Shown: piece after piece, positions 44,790 to 56,263 of the stretch | Layout: every line of letters begins with the position of its first letter | Position numbering within the stretch: position 1 is the stretch's first letter | NCBI GenBank assembly: GCA_010909165.1 | Contig: MU008172.1 | Span: 868,001 to 932,000 of the forward strand | Direction of reading: 5' to 3' | Source of the DNA: Anthoceros angustus | Lineage: Eukaryota; Plantae; Anthocerotophyta | DNA: 64,000 nucleotides | The notes under the pieces: model-generated | What the model was told of the DNA's origin: nothing | Seen by the model: only the letters and a program-made list of their open reading frames with translations | The model's database searches: none | Program-made: the position numbers and the translations under genes

Positions 44790-46745
44790 TTTTGTGGACC
44801 TTTTTAATATCCATTTTTGTGCGGCCTATAAATTGCATGTATCATCTTAAAGAATTGGCGAAATTCATGAGAACTTGGAGGAGTGTAGACCATGTGAAGG
44901 TCTTATTACCTTAAAACCATTGAAATGCATGATTTCATTCTTAAAGTCACATCTTTATCATGCAATTTTTTTAAAAAATTCTGCAAATTATGAAATTCAA
45001 GCTTTTTTGTTTCCAGGTCCCAAATTTCACCCCCTCAAAACCAGAGACGAGGAGCCGTCTCCCACTCTTAGGAGACCTTGTTGTTTGTGGATCCACCTTG
45101 TTGGTATCTGCGCTCCGGATGCTTCTAGAAACAGACTGTAACCAAATGGCCAGTCTTGTTACAGTGAGAGCAATGCAAGCCTTCAACATGAAGCTTGCAC
45201 GCTGGAGCCAAATAATCCGGACTACCACGGCGATTGCACAACGTTGTTAAGATAAACTGCATCTTGATTTGGGCCGGCACGGATGGGCTTGAAACCCCGA
45301 TCCCATGCCTCTCCGGACAACTTCCAGGCGGACAAAACAAACTTGTAGCATCGAATCTGGGATTGGGAGAGAGTTGTTAGGGCTAGGAAATCTGCAGACG
45401 ACCAGTTGGGTTAACGTTGCTTTTTGTGTTGGACTCCAAACAGTTTGAGACAACTTGCGATGCGATACGGCCAGTCTTGCACAACACCGGACAGCCGGTG
45501 ATAAAGGTGATTGTCCATATGATTGATCCAAGCTCGGCTTGCGTAACCATTTTTGTTCACGTGCTCGGGCAAGGGAGAAACATGGTCGGCGCTGAACAAC
45601 ATTGCATCAATGAGCATCCTCATGCATATCCTTCAATCGAACACCTGTGAAAAGGGGATTAGCGAACTACGTCACGCCGCCCCCTCGCCATTTCCTGTGC
45701 ACGCACGTCACGGGCCGACGCATTGGTGTGCATGAGTTGGCCCCCTTGCGAGACTGAGGCGTAGGGAAGGCCGGTAGTGGCACCCGATTCTGAGCTTCAT
45801 CCATGTGCGTGAAGTGTCATGGCCGAGACCTTATCGGAATTGCAAATCGCATATCGACCATGGCGGGCGCTTATACCAGACCAACGAATAGCGAAATGCA
45901 TTGCTATAAGAAATTCGGTCTGAACACGGCCACACGGGGTCTGTTGTGGTGGAAAGCCTTCGCCGCGTGGGTGATTAGTCGCGGACATGATGAATGCATT
46001 CATCATATGCATGTAAAGGGACGATGTCACGATGCGTGGTATGACCGCATTGAACCCGCAATTGTAAATAGATTGCCGCACGGTGTGTGTCCGAAAGGCC
46101 AGCCGGTATGAAGTTCAGAGATTTCATCCAATTTCCACGGTAGTGCAACCTCGGGCCTGCACCGGCTAAAATGGATTCATACCATTCGCATTCACGGATG
46201 TCGGGTCATACAAGTCTGATACAATGTCGCTCTTTTTCTGGTGATCTGGACCCTTAAACTCATTTGTGGACCTTTTTAATATCCATTTTTGTCGGCCTAT
46301 AAATTGCATGTATCATCTTAAAGAATTGGCGAAATTCATGAGAACTTGGAGGAGTGTAGACCATGTGAAGGTCTTATTACCTTAAAACCATTGAAATGCA
46401 TGATTTCATTCTTAAAGTCACATCTTTATCATGCAATTTTTTTAAAAAATTCTGCAAATTATGAAATTCAAGCTTTTTGTTTCAGTCCCAAATTTCACCC
46501 CTCAAAACCGAGGCGAGGCCGTCTCCCACTCTTAGGAGACCTTGTTTGTGGATCCACCTTGTTGGTATCTGCGCTCCGGATGCTTCTAGAAAGCAGATCA
46601 TGGCGGTCTTGTTACGGTGAGAGCAATGCAAGCCTTCAACATGAAGCTTGCAGCCAAATAATCCGGACTACCGCGATTGCACAACGTTGTTAAGATAAAG
46701 CGATTTTGGCACCGGATGGGCTTGGAAACCCCTGATCCCATGCCT
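43867..46745. repeat. About 1.44-kb tandem duplication spanning the transposon right end and part of gag
   Basis: Copy 1 is 43867-45311 and copy 2 is 45312-46745, with TCC microhomology at the junction; the copies differ by many 1-4 nt indels. Confidence 0.9.
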
Positions 46746-47663
46746 CCAGATGTGTTCCCCTTGCTACAAAATATACTTTGATAGTGCGTAAAGGCCTTGG
46801 AAAGCCGAGAAGCATACGCTGAAAATGCAATTTCCTTGTGCTCCAATTCCTCATGGGCCTGTTCCAGGGTGTAGTTGTCCCCATATTTGTCCACCAGCGA
46901 GGTGACATGTTGAAAGTGGAACAATGGATCCCCCCCCAATGCTGTAAGAAACTTCTCGGCTGCCTCTTGGTCAGTCAACATTCTTGTGCCTTCTCGCCTC
47001 TTCTGAAGTCTGCGAAAGGTCATCTGGACAGTCTCATCCTTCTTGTGGACGAGACTGGGCCAGCTCAGCTATCTTCTTGGGAGTCTTGAGCGGAAATGTC
47101 TTCTCAAGGATAGCCATGAACTGCACCACGGGGTTGGAATACTTGGGAGTTTGGATGAACTCTGAGACCCCCACTGTGGCTGCCACTCTCTTAGCAGTAG
47201 TCATACTCACCACAGAGGGTGGCAGGACAGTGGCTGCGACTGTCCTAGTAGCGATTTTCGCTTGGTGGGCACTCACAGCTGTTGCCAACTTGCCTTTATA
47301 AGCAAGCTATAGCGCTCCTTGAAACTGCGGATTCACTGTGGAGATGGTAGAGGACAAATCAGTTTGATATGCCTCATACAAATCTAGCGCCTCGTCCGCC
47401 GAGTAGCTTGAAAGCTGTTCAAACGTGTACTGGTGATTGTAAGCGACACCATGTTTGAACCTGACCCGGCTGATAATGGCATTGAGGGACAGCCAAAAAT
47501 CTCGCAGAGATTGCGTGCCAGGTCTTTTTAAAAATCTGTCCTGCCTGTATGAGGGTACTCCACCTTCCATGGTATTCGAATCCTCCGAAAGATCAGTTGA
47601 TTTTGATCTTATCCCTGTAGGGCTTGAATTGGGACAAGTTTGTCTCGATTGATCTCCCGGCAA
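45083..47663 (-). mobile_element. LTR-retrotransposon gag (proximal part) with a CCHC zinc knuckle
   Basis: ORFs 47307-47663, 47034-47288 and 46598-47023 are collinear; CSHCNKTGHLVTVC at 45131-45172 (CX2CX4HX4C). Confidence 0.75.
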
Positions 47664-47899
47664 GGAGTCGTGCGAGTCTTTGCCGATGTTGAGATCCGAA
47701 AATGGGGACAGCTGGTTGTTGTCTCCAAGGTGGCAGGTGGCGTGCCAAGCTCCTGTAAACCGCTTGCCAACTCCTCGTTTGCTTACCGCAGATGCTGAAA
47801 AGAACGCCTTCTTCTAACTTGTGCCCACTCGGGATTAGTCCGTTGATGGATATCCCGAGTCATCAAGCGGTAGCTAAGACTGGTCTCATGTCCCTCGGG

Positions 47900-48572
47900 G
47901 TGCATCACCCATGTGAGCGAAACACGAGATCAGCGAGCCACTCCAAAGAGAATGGGAAGTAGCAAGCTCCCAAGGACAACTTGCTCCTGTTGCTCAAGCC
48001 TTGTGTGAAAGCTCCTTCTTGCAATCCCGGCCGTGGGACTGTAATGTCCCTTTGCTGGGACTCTCCCAGCAGCCTCGGCGTTGGGGATTTGTCTCAAGCT
48101 AGGACTCTCGGCGATCTCGGCGTTGGGGCCCTACATCCCATTTGGGACTCTCCCAACAATCATGGCGTTGGGATTGTTACATCAAGATGGGACTGCCACC
48201 CGGCGTTGGCGTTGGGGCTATTCGATCCCCAAGCTAGGACTCTCCAGCGATCCGGTGTATCGACAATCCGAATATGGGGCGGTCCGGGACCACAGAGGTC
48301 AGCTAGAAAATATCCCCACCTACATAGGCTTGAATTGCGAGATTCTGCGACTCTGGTAACACTAGCATTGCCCATAGGCTCGAATGGTCTGCTGATTGAA
48401 TAGTTGAAATCAGAAATTCTGGCTAAGCTGCACCCCGCCTATCTCTGATCCATGATGGAGATGGGAAGTGGGACAAACAGGATTCTGCCTCTAGCTGTCT
48501 AGCAAGACTGTAACCCACCTAAGCTAGGAATCTTGGATGCTAAGCTCTACCTCCTTCCCCAGCACGCTCTAC
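47900..48572 (-). mobile_element. Probable LTR/5' leader of the gag element, containing a degenerate TGGGACTCTCCC hairpin-repeat array (47990-48320)
   Basis: TGTAGAG start at about 48572 on minus; the array is related to the one at 32293-32520. PBS not identified. Confidence 0.4.
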
Positions 48573-48639
48573 AATTGAAAATAAATAGCAGACCTATGAA
48601 GAACACGTGTTAGCTCACGAAATCTTGGTCAAACTTCGA

Positions 48640-49075
48640 AATGCCCTGTGGCACAATTTTGAAGACTGAAACCCTCGGATGCTCGCCACTCACTAGCTGT
48701 AGCGGACACCCATACTGTGTGATAACGTTTTCATATAGAAACTTCGCCACCGTACCTGCGGAGTCTGTTCGTGTCAGTGCCGCTTCTACCCATCTAGTAT
48801 AGTAATTCGTGGCCACTAAGATATACTTCTTCTGAGTGTGCCTTGGTATTGGCTATATAGGCCCAACAAAGTCAACTCCCCACTTTTCGAAAGGCGCCTG
48901 TGCCAGAATAGTCACCAATTGCAACTACGTTGCTAGTGTTGGCTTCCTGATCCGCTGATAAGCATCACACCGTTTAATAAATTGATGCACCTCTCCATAC
49001 ATCATTGGTCACTAGTAGCCAGCCCCCAGGATCTTTTTAGCTGTGACCTGGGCTACATAATGCCCCCTAGCCAAT
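48640..49075 (-). mobile_element. Ty3/Gypsy integrase fragment, decayed
   Basis: GGHYVAQVTAKKIL...CDAYQR...PFEKWGVDFVGPI...YILVATNYYTRWVEA...VAKFLYENVITQYGCPLQLVS. Confidence 0.9.
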
Positions 49076-49138
49076 CCCTCATGCATTTCCTTTACCATGA
49101 CCTCCGTTTACGCCGCACCACAAGGGCGCAGTACACCA

Positions 49139-49530
49139 GGCCTTGCCGTCGTGAAGGACGGGGCCACGTCGTGCCCCTGACCACATCCCTGGAGGGGCTG
49201 GCCCGCAGGACGAGTGCAGGCCTTGCCGTCGTGAAGGAGCCCGCGTCGTGCCCCTGACCACATCCCTGGAGGGGCTGGCCCGCGCAGGACGGCATGCCAG
49301 CCGTGCACCGGCGACACCGTGCGCCACGCGCCCGCACCACCGCACTTGCACTCGCGCTGTGCCCGCACCTCACGTTCCACAACACCCACACCTCCCTCGC
49401 TCCACTGTGCTTGTACCTCCGCACTGTTCGCACTTGCACCGCTCCACTGTGCTCGCACGTCCACCACTCCACCACTATCGCACCTGCATCGCTCCACCGC
49501 TTTTGCATCTCCACCGCTCCACCGCGCTCG
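49139..49530. repeat. About 77-bp direct repeat (two copies) followed by degenerate GCACCGCTCCAC-type repeats
   Basis: CAGGCCTTGCCGTCGTGAAGGA...CCCCTGACCACATCCCTGGAGGGGCTGGCCCGC twice. Confidence 0.75.
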
Positions 49531-49879
49531 AAGACATGAGTCAAGTAAGCGACGGCCTCTACCGTAGTTGATACAGCTACCATTAGGCACCTGCTGCCTA
49601 ATGGATCATTCGTTTTGGATGTAGGCTATGAATTTAAAATTTGGGCACTTTATAAAAGATGTATAATTATATATAGAATATATAATATGTACACATATTT
49701 AAGTATATAATGTATTGAAATATCAAATATATAAAAATAATATCCATATTATTATGTAAAAGTAAAGAAAAATTACTTTATGTTGAATGGACATATCATC
49801 TACGATAATGATGTTGAGACGACCTGTTCGTAAGGACCAAGGCGAGCGGTTTCTTTTCTTATAGGTAGTGCCCATATAC

Positions 49880-50440
49880 TCTGCTCAACGATGTTTGTCT
49901 CAGGGCTGATTTATTTCTGACCCGAGGGACCAGGTCTCTTTTGCAGATGTGCTTGTAATAGACCCTATTCGAGATACCGTATGCAAGGATGTCATCATCA
50001 ATTCTCCAGGTTGGGTGGCAGAGGGATGTGCAACAACGAATTCGGTTCACAAGTACTCAACAACGAATTCGGTTCACAAGTACTCGCCCATGCAGGAAAG
50101 CCGCGCCTACCTTCCCCTTGCTACAGAGACTCACGGGGCTATGAGCAAGGATTTTTCAAGGTTCATCAAGGCCTGTGCTAAGGCCTATCATAGCCACAAG
50201 AATAGAGTTAATCTCGCCCTTTCGTGTGTGGTATCTTTTTTCAGGCAACAGGTGTCCATTGGCCAAGGTGGTATATAAGATTGGGAGCCAATGGAGAGGA
50301 CGCGCCATCCTCGGCACCAGCAGTAGGTAAGTCCAGACCATGACATTCTTATGTAGTTTGAAGGTGGGCTAGTCCCCTTGGCCCGGACCCTGGAGAGGTT
50401 GTTCCCCTTTATTGTCGGGGTAGATTGGATTTCCCTCTTT
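49880..50440 (+). mobile_element. 3' fragment of the RLE-type non-LTR retrotransposon family, with an internal 27-bp duplication
   Basis: LNDVCLRADLFL...ADVLVIDPIRD...KYSPMQESRAYLPLATETHGAMSKDF...FFRQQVSI; AACAACGAATTCGGTTCACAAGTACTC twice; shared 3' UTR. Confidence 0.82.
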
Positions 50441-51717
50441 TTGAGGGGCAAGCTTGGCATGTGAGGCCGGCCCGGAGACCCTCCAATATTCGGTGTAGGT
50501 CTATATGCAGCAGCGGTGGTATGATATCTGGGGATTTGAGGAGGAGGAGCAGGAGGAGCAGGAGGTGGAGGTGCAGCAATCGTGGGTACCCACGCCCAGG
50601 GTGTCGGGCACCGGCGGCGAGTTGGGGTCGGGACGTCGGGACAGGTTTCATGTGACAGTGGGAAAGCGGCGGCCGAGGACTGCCGTACGCGCGGGCAAGC
50701 ACAGGCACGGAAGGTGCATGCGGGGGCGGCTGCAAGGTCGGACCGTACGCTTGTGCCGGAGTGCCGGTTGCCGGACGAAGCGGTGGGGCCAGGTCGGAGC
50801 TGGCCAGGCCCCGAGCCCCACGCTGAGCAGCGAGGCCAAGTTGCTGTCGCCCGGAGTCCGCGACTTGCGCGACTCTCGACCCGCGGCGCAATAATTATCT
50901 GCCGGACCGGGTCCTGCCGCGGATGCCTCGCGTTTCCCAGACACATACACTTGCTCTTCGCATATCTGTATCGTCACACGAGCAGTTGGTGATGACATGG
51001 CGTAACGGAACCAACAACAAACGGGATACCCTATTCAACACTGCATGCATCTTTCCTGTCACAGCATCTCCATCAGCATCAACGGCAAGACGCCCGTGCC
51101 CGTGCCCGTGCCCGCTGCCCGCTGCCCGCTGCCCGCATCCCCGCCACCGGATTGCGGATTGCGATTGCGGATTGGATCGAATCGTTTTTTTCCTCCGCCC
51201 GGGGCCCGGGCTCGAGGCGGACGAAAAAAAAACGACCAGCGACCAGCCTGGCCTCACCTGCCCGGAAACTTCCTTCCCCTACCACATACAAGAAGAAGAA
51301 GTTGTTGAAGAAGGAAGGAGTCTATTACAGTCCACTTTCATGGGACTTGGTATGTAACTAAGGGGGCAAAAAGCAAAAACAAAATTAAAAAAAGGTCTCT
51401 CACAAGTCTCGTTCTCACTCAAGTCGAGCCGAAAAAAGGAAAAATAGAAGGCTGGTTTGCAAGGCACATCTTGCGATGTAAGGAACGTGAGGAGAAGCGC
51501 CAGGAGAGAGACGGGACATGACCGGGGAGAGAAGCGCTGTGAAGCTGGCTCGCGCGCAGAAGAAGGCAGCAGCCGGTGTCACCGGGCGCGGAATGCGCTG
51601 GGAATGTCCGCGGATAGCAGAACCGCATAAGGGCAGGCCCGGACTGCAGTCTGCAGTAGCGTCGCGTTGCACTGCACACGGCAACTGTGCCTGTTGAGCG
51701 TCTTGAGCCTGTTGCGC

Positions 51718-51782
51718 GGGCTGTGGGCTGGGCTGGGCTGGGCTGGGCCGGGCCTGGGCTGGGCTGGGCTGGGCGGGGTGGT
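51718..51782 (+). repeat. (CTGGG)n pentanucleotide tract, G-quadruplex-competent
   Basis: About 12 GGG runs spaced by 1-4 nt. Confidence 0.85.
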
Positions 51783-51951
51783 CTGGCCGATGGAGCTCCC
51801 GCGCCTCGCTTCTGCCGTCTGCGGCTCCTGCTCCTGCTCCCGCTCCTGCCCCTGATCCGACTCTTGCTCCGCCACCTACCCTTATCCCTGCTCCCGCTGC
51901 TGCTGCGCGCCTGCATTGCCTCGCAGCCTTCCCAGTCTCCGCCTCCTCCCG

Positions 51952-52218
51952 CCTCACCACCGCCTCCTCCCGCCTGAAGCTAAAGAGGGCCAAGGCCGCA
52001 AGGCAGCTGCTTCACCTCCTGCGCCTCCTCGTCATTCTCATCCTCCTCCTTGCTTCTGCCGCCCGCCGTAGCGTCCTCCTCCTCCTGCCTCACCACCGCC
52101 TCCTCCCGCCTGAAGCTAAAGGGCCAAGGCCGCAAGGCAGCTGCTTCACCTCCTGCGCCTCCTCGTCATTCTCATCCTCCTCCTTGCTTCTGCCGCCCGC
52201 CGTAGCGTCCTCCTCCTC
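51952..52218. repeat. About 135-bp direct repeat just upstream of the GT8 gene
   Basis: CCTCACCACCGCCTCCTCCCGCCTGAAGCTAAAG...GTAGCGTCCTCCTCCTCC at ~51952 and ~52089. Confidence 0.9.
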
Positions 52219-52297
52219 CCGCCTGGATGTAAGCTCGCGCGTGCATTGTGTGCCTGGTGAGTGGTGCGTGGCCGCGGCCCAAGCCCTGCCCTCCAGG

Positions 52298-54205
52298 ATG
52301 AGGCGTCCAGGGCCGCTCGCCTGCGCCGCTGCCTCGCCATGGCGCCTGCTGCTGCTGCTCTCCCTCCTCCTGCCGCTGCTCGCGTCCGGGGTGCGGGCTG
52401 CCTCCGCTCCCGGCCGGGCCAAATCCAGGAACGCCTATGCTACCATGATTTACATGGGGACGCCGCGGGACTACGAATTCTACGTTGCGGCGCGGGTAAT
52501 GCTGCGCTCTCTGGCGCGGCTTGATGTGGATGCGGACCGGGTGGTGATCGCGTCCAGGGACGTCCCCGACAAGTGGATCCAGACGCTGTCAGTCCAGATC
52601 TAGGCTTTTGTTTCATGTTTTCGATGCCTGCGGGCGGTGCACATGGATGCTCACCTCACCGCTTTGCTGTTGCCGCTGGTGCAGGAGGTGGGAGAATGTG
52701 ACGGTTAAAATTGTGGATGACATCGACAATCCTTACAAGAATCAGCCCAAGTTTGATAGGCGCTTTCTCTCTACGCTCAACAAGCTCTATGCCTGGACGC
52801 TAACGGATTACGACAGGGTTGTTATGCTGGATGCTGATAACCTGTTTCTGCGGGCGCCGGATGAGCTCTTCTTGTGTGGCAACTTCTGTGCTTCCTTCAT
52901 CAACCCTTGCATTTTTCACACCGGCCTTTTTGTTTTGGAGGTAAGTCAGTGTTCACACGCCTTGTCATGCTTCTTCCTCGCCGCCTTAACGGCCTCCGGC
53001 CTGCTGCTTCAACCCTTGCTTTCTGCACCTCTGCAGCCTTCCATGGACACTTTTGAGGATATGATGAATGAGCTCACCAGCGGGCGACCCAATCCGGATG
53101 GGGCGGATCAAGGGTTTCTCACCTCGTATTATGCTGACCTTCTGGATGCACCTATTTTCAAGCCCCCCAGCGATGGCGTGCGCTTGAAAGGCAACTATCG
53201 CCTGCCTTTAGGGTATCAGATGGATGCCTCCTTTTTCTGTGAGTGCTCACCTTCACTATCTTAATGCCCCCAGCAGCCACCTCCTTTTGCTTGGGGGGCT
53301 GTGCCTTCGTCTTTGGCTTTTCATCGTTAACAGCTGGGCTTTCCAATCTGTGTGTGCAGATCTCAAGCTGAGATGGAATATCCCGTGTGGTATTAACAGT
53401 GTGATTACTTTTCCTAGCGTCCCATTGTTGAAGCCATGGTACTGGTGGTCCTGGCCTGTTCTGCCTCTGGGCCTAGAGTGGCACTCTCAACGTCTGCGAA
53501 CCATTGGGTAGCTGCTACTACTACTACTACTGCTGCTGCTGCCTTCCAAATCCCATTGTTGCGATTGCTAGCTTTGAATCGGTTGGGTCTGATGCTTACC
53601 ACTAGTTCTCGTCCTCTGCTTGCTGCAGCTATGGCGCTGAAAGCTCTTGGATGATAGCTGGAGCTATATTTTCTCTGGCAACCTTGTTCATCGCAACTAT
53701 AATTAGACGACGCACTCCATCATGTGACAAGCCTCCAATGAAGTCCTGCCTGGGCCGGGGACCTTGCTCAGAGCAAAGTCTTGTATTTCATCCTCTGGTC
53801 CTCAAGGCCATCATTGTGGCCATGATCGTTGCTAGTTTCTTGATGCCCTTCTACATCATTCCAACAACAGTGCACCCATTAATGGGATGGGGGATCTTCT
53901 TACTAAGCTCTTTGGCATTGCTGGCGGTCTTCTTATGCGTGTGTCCTACATTGCCTGCATTGCCCATGCTTACTCCCTGGATATGTGTGACTGGAAGTCT
54001 TTTTGTTATGGCATTCCCCTACTACAGCGGCGGGATCATCAGGGCACTTGCTATTGGAGTATACAGCTTCTTGGTTTCTCCCTTCTTTTGGAAGTCTCTA
54101 ATGGACGTCACCAAAACTGTGGATATTATACCCGAATGGGAGCCATTGATGGGATGGACAGCTGTCAGGTCGGAACCTCAGTCAGAACTCATGAAACTCT
54201 GCTAA
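52298..54205 (+). CDS. PGSIP8: Glycosyltransferase family 8, PGSIP7/PGSIP8-like putative glucuronosyltransferase, multi-exon
   Basis: Signal anchor; NAYATMIYMGTPRDYEFYVA; LNKLYAWTLTDYDRVVMLDADNLFL; FINPCIFHTGLFVL; NPDGADQGFL; RLPLGYQMDAS; LKPWYWWSWPVLPLG; C-terminal multi-TM region. Confidence 0.93.
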
Positions 54206-54991
54206 ACCCATGAAATAGCAGTTGTATAGAGGACAGGGGGTGTTGCAGGCGCGAGGGTTGTTTGTGGTGTCCTGTTTTGTCTCCAAGGTTGCCTACTGCT
54301 GTGGAGGTGATCTGAAGCCTGTGGCAGCGGTTAAGTAGATGTACGTTACGGAGCCTTGACAGTGTTCTGATCACCAGTACGGGGTGAGTGGGTTTTCGTG
54401 TGAGCAATGCATTGGATGCGCATTTTTCTCTCACCGGAGCCGCTGGCGTCAGGTTGGGGACCCTGCCGCAGCTCTCAACATTTACGTGTGGAACTTCGAA
54501 ATGGGAGGAGACGCATTGTTGATTGACCTCTCGGTGTACAATAGGTAGGTAACTTGGGGCACACCCTATGTAGTTGCAGCTCTAGCCAGGGTACATTATC
54601 AGCTCGTAGATTTGTAGGGTGGAGAGGGTATTCTAACAGAAGCTGTTTTTGGTGGGGCTGGGTCTTAACAGCAAATTCATTTACCTGATACAATTCAATT
54701 GTTCTTTTTGTATGTGCGCATCTGAAGCACATGTTAGCACTACAAGCATTTATGTCAGCACCAAAATAATTCATTTGTTGTACATCATGCCTATGCAGAT
54801 GCGGTGTCCTGGGTCCTTTCTCCGTAAGATGCTTGCCGTGTGACCCGATAAGCAGGATGTCTAAAGATTGGTGAGACGGAAAACGATGCATGTGAGGTGG
54901 TCGTATCCAAGTAAACAGACCGCCCGCACTTTAGTTGTCGCAGTTTCCTTTCCCTGCCGTCTCTGCTGTGGGTGTAGGCAGGCTGAAGGGC

Positions 54992-56263
54992 ATGGAGCTC
55001 TCCGTCACCAGTGTGTCGTGTAGCCGTTTTTCAGGATTGTGGAGACCCTTCACAGGTGTAGATTGCCAGTCCCACTCTACGTCCACAACGTTACGTGGTG
55101 CACCTCCTGCGGGGTGCTGCAGTGTCCCTGCGCCCACAAGGATTGCCAAGACGCCCGGGCTTACACTCAGGAGGCGCAGCGTGGTGCTGCCAAGCAGGAC
55201 GCTTCTGTGTGGAAGAGCCTTGGTAGGGATTGCGAGCAACGGGAGCAGGTGGAGCGCCGGCACATGGCTTGACTCCTCGTACGTCCGCCATTTCAATGGC
55301 TCGCTTTCCTTAACCCTAATGCAAAGCCAGCAGGTGGGATGCGGTGTGCCATTTGATGGGGTGACGAGGATGATTTGTGAGAGCGGTGGCGCAGGGCTCA
55401 AGTGGAGACTCAAGTGCCGTTACAAGAGGCCTGGGCTCTGTGGGAAGACAGGGAAGGGGTGAACCGATGGATGCCATGGATTACCTCCGTGGAGGCACGT
55501 ACATACGGGGCAGCTGCTGAGTTATAACCACGCGGCACCCGCATACATACGTGTTGATTCCGGCACTGTTGATGATCCAGGTGCTGAAAGACAAACCGGA
55601 GCTGTCGAAATGGACTCTCAAGTACGAAGCCCTGGGACGGAAGCTGGAATTTTCATGGCTGGCACGAAACATGCAGGTTGTGGCAGATCATCCTAGTCAT
55701 CCTTTATCCCAGCGGCCAGTAATGTCCTGAAACTGTGGTACATTGGCTGTATTGCAGCCGATCCACCACCAGAAGATTCACTGGCGCTCCGTTGACGGCC
55801 TCCCAAACAGGTGTGCTGCGGTATCTCATCTCCTTGTGCTCGCCGTGTGTGCTTTCGAGCGCGTATGTGCTGAAGGAGTTAACTGCCTTGTTGTAGAGGC
55901 GCGGTGCGGTTCTTTCCCCGCGGGCCATCAGCTTGTGCTGTCCAGGTTGGTGAAAGCTCCCCTGGAGATTCAACCCATCCATGGTCCACGGGTCTAATCG
56001 GGTGTGTGGCTAACATTTGCAGCTGACCATCTCCTACGAGGTGCCTGAGCAACTAGCAGGCTTGGTCTCGGTACGTGTGTGCCCTGCCCGGCCAGTATCT
56101 CCAAGATAGTAAAGAAGTAGGTGAAGTGTTGAAACGACTCACAGCTGCTGCCGCTGCCCCTGTTTTTGTGCAGGCCTTGTCGCCGCTGGTAGAAAATGTT
56201 CTGAAAGCGGACTTGGAACGCTTTGCTGAGTTTGCCAAAAACAACCGAGTAAGAGCAGTATAG
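54992..56263 (+). CDS. SRPBCC/polyketide cyclase-dehydrase family protein with plastid-like transit peptide, multi-exon
   Basis: Exons AWALWEDREGVNRWMPWITSVE, KPELSKWTLKYEALGRKLEFSWLARNMQ, PIHHQKIHWRSVDGLPNR, GAVRFFPRGPSAC, LTISYEVPE, LVENVLKADLERFAEFAK. Confidence 0.88.

Larger units (their letters stand above)
33204..45082. mobile_element. 11,879-bp cut-and-paste DNA transposon (Sola-like) with TIRs, a 4-bp TSD and multi-gene cargo
   Basis: Left TIR AACAAGGTCTCCTAAGA (33204-33220) and right TIR TCTTAGGAGACCTTGTT (45066-45082), with weaker similarity extending about 60 bp. TSD GTTT at 33200-33203 and 45083-45086. Excision restores the gag frame GGSTN-SAGTP. A duplicated right end lies at 46530-46546. 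Confidence 0.9.

Noticed and set aside
46530-46546. Second right TIR as the true element end
   Set aside because: It lies in the duplicated 1.44-kb block and lacks an intact GTTT TSD; only the 45082 junction restores the gag frame.
50188-51993. GC-rich ORFs (e.g. 50188-50946, 50648-50998, 51415-51993) as genes
   Set aside because: Low-complexity, repeat-derived translations overlapping a LINE remnant and microsatellites, with no recognisable domain.
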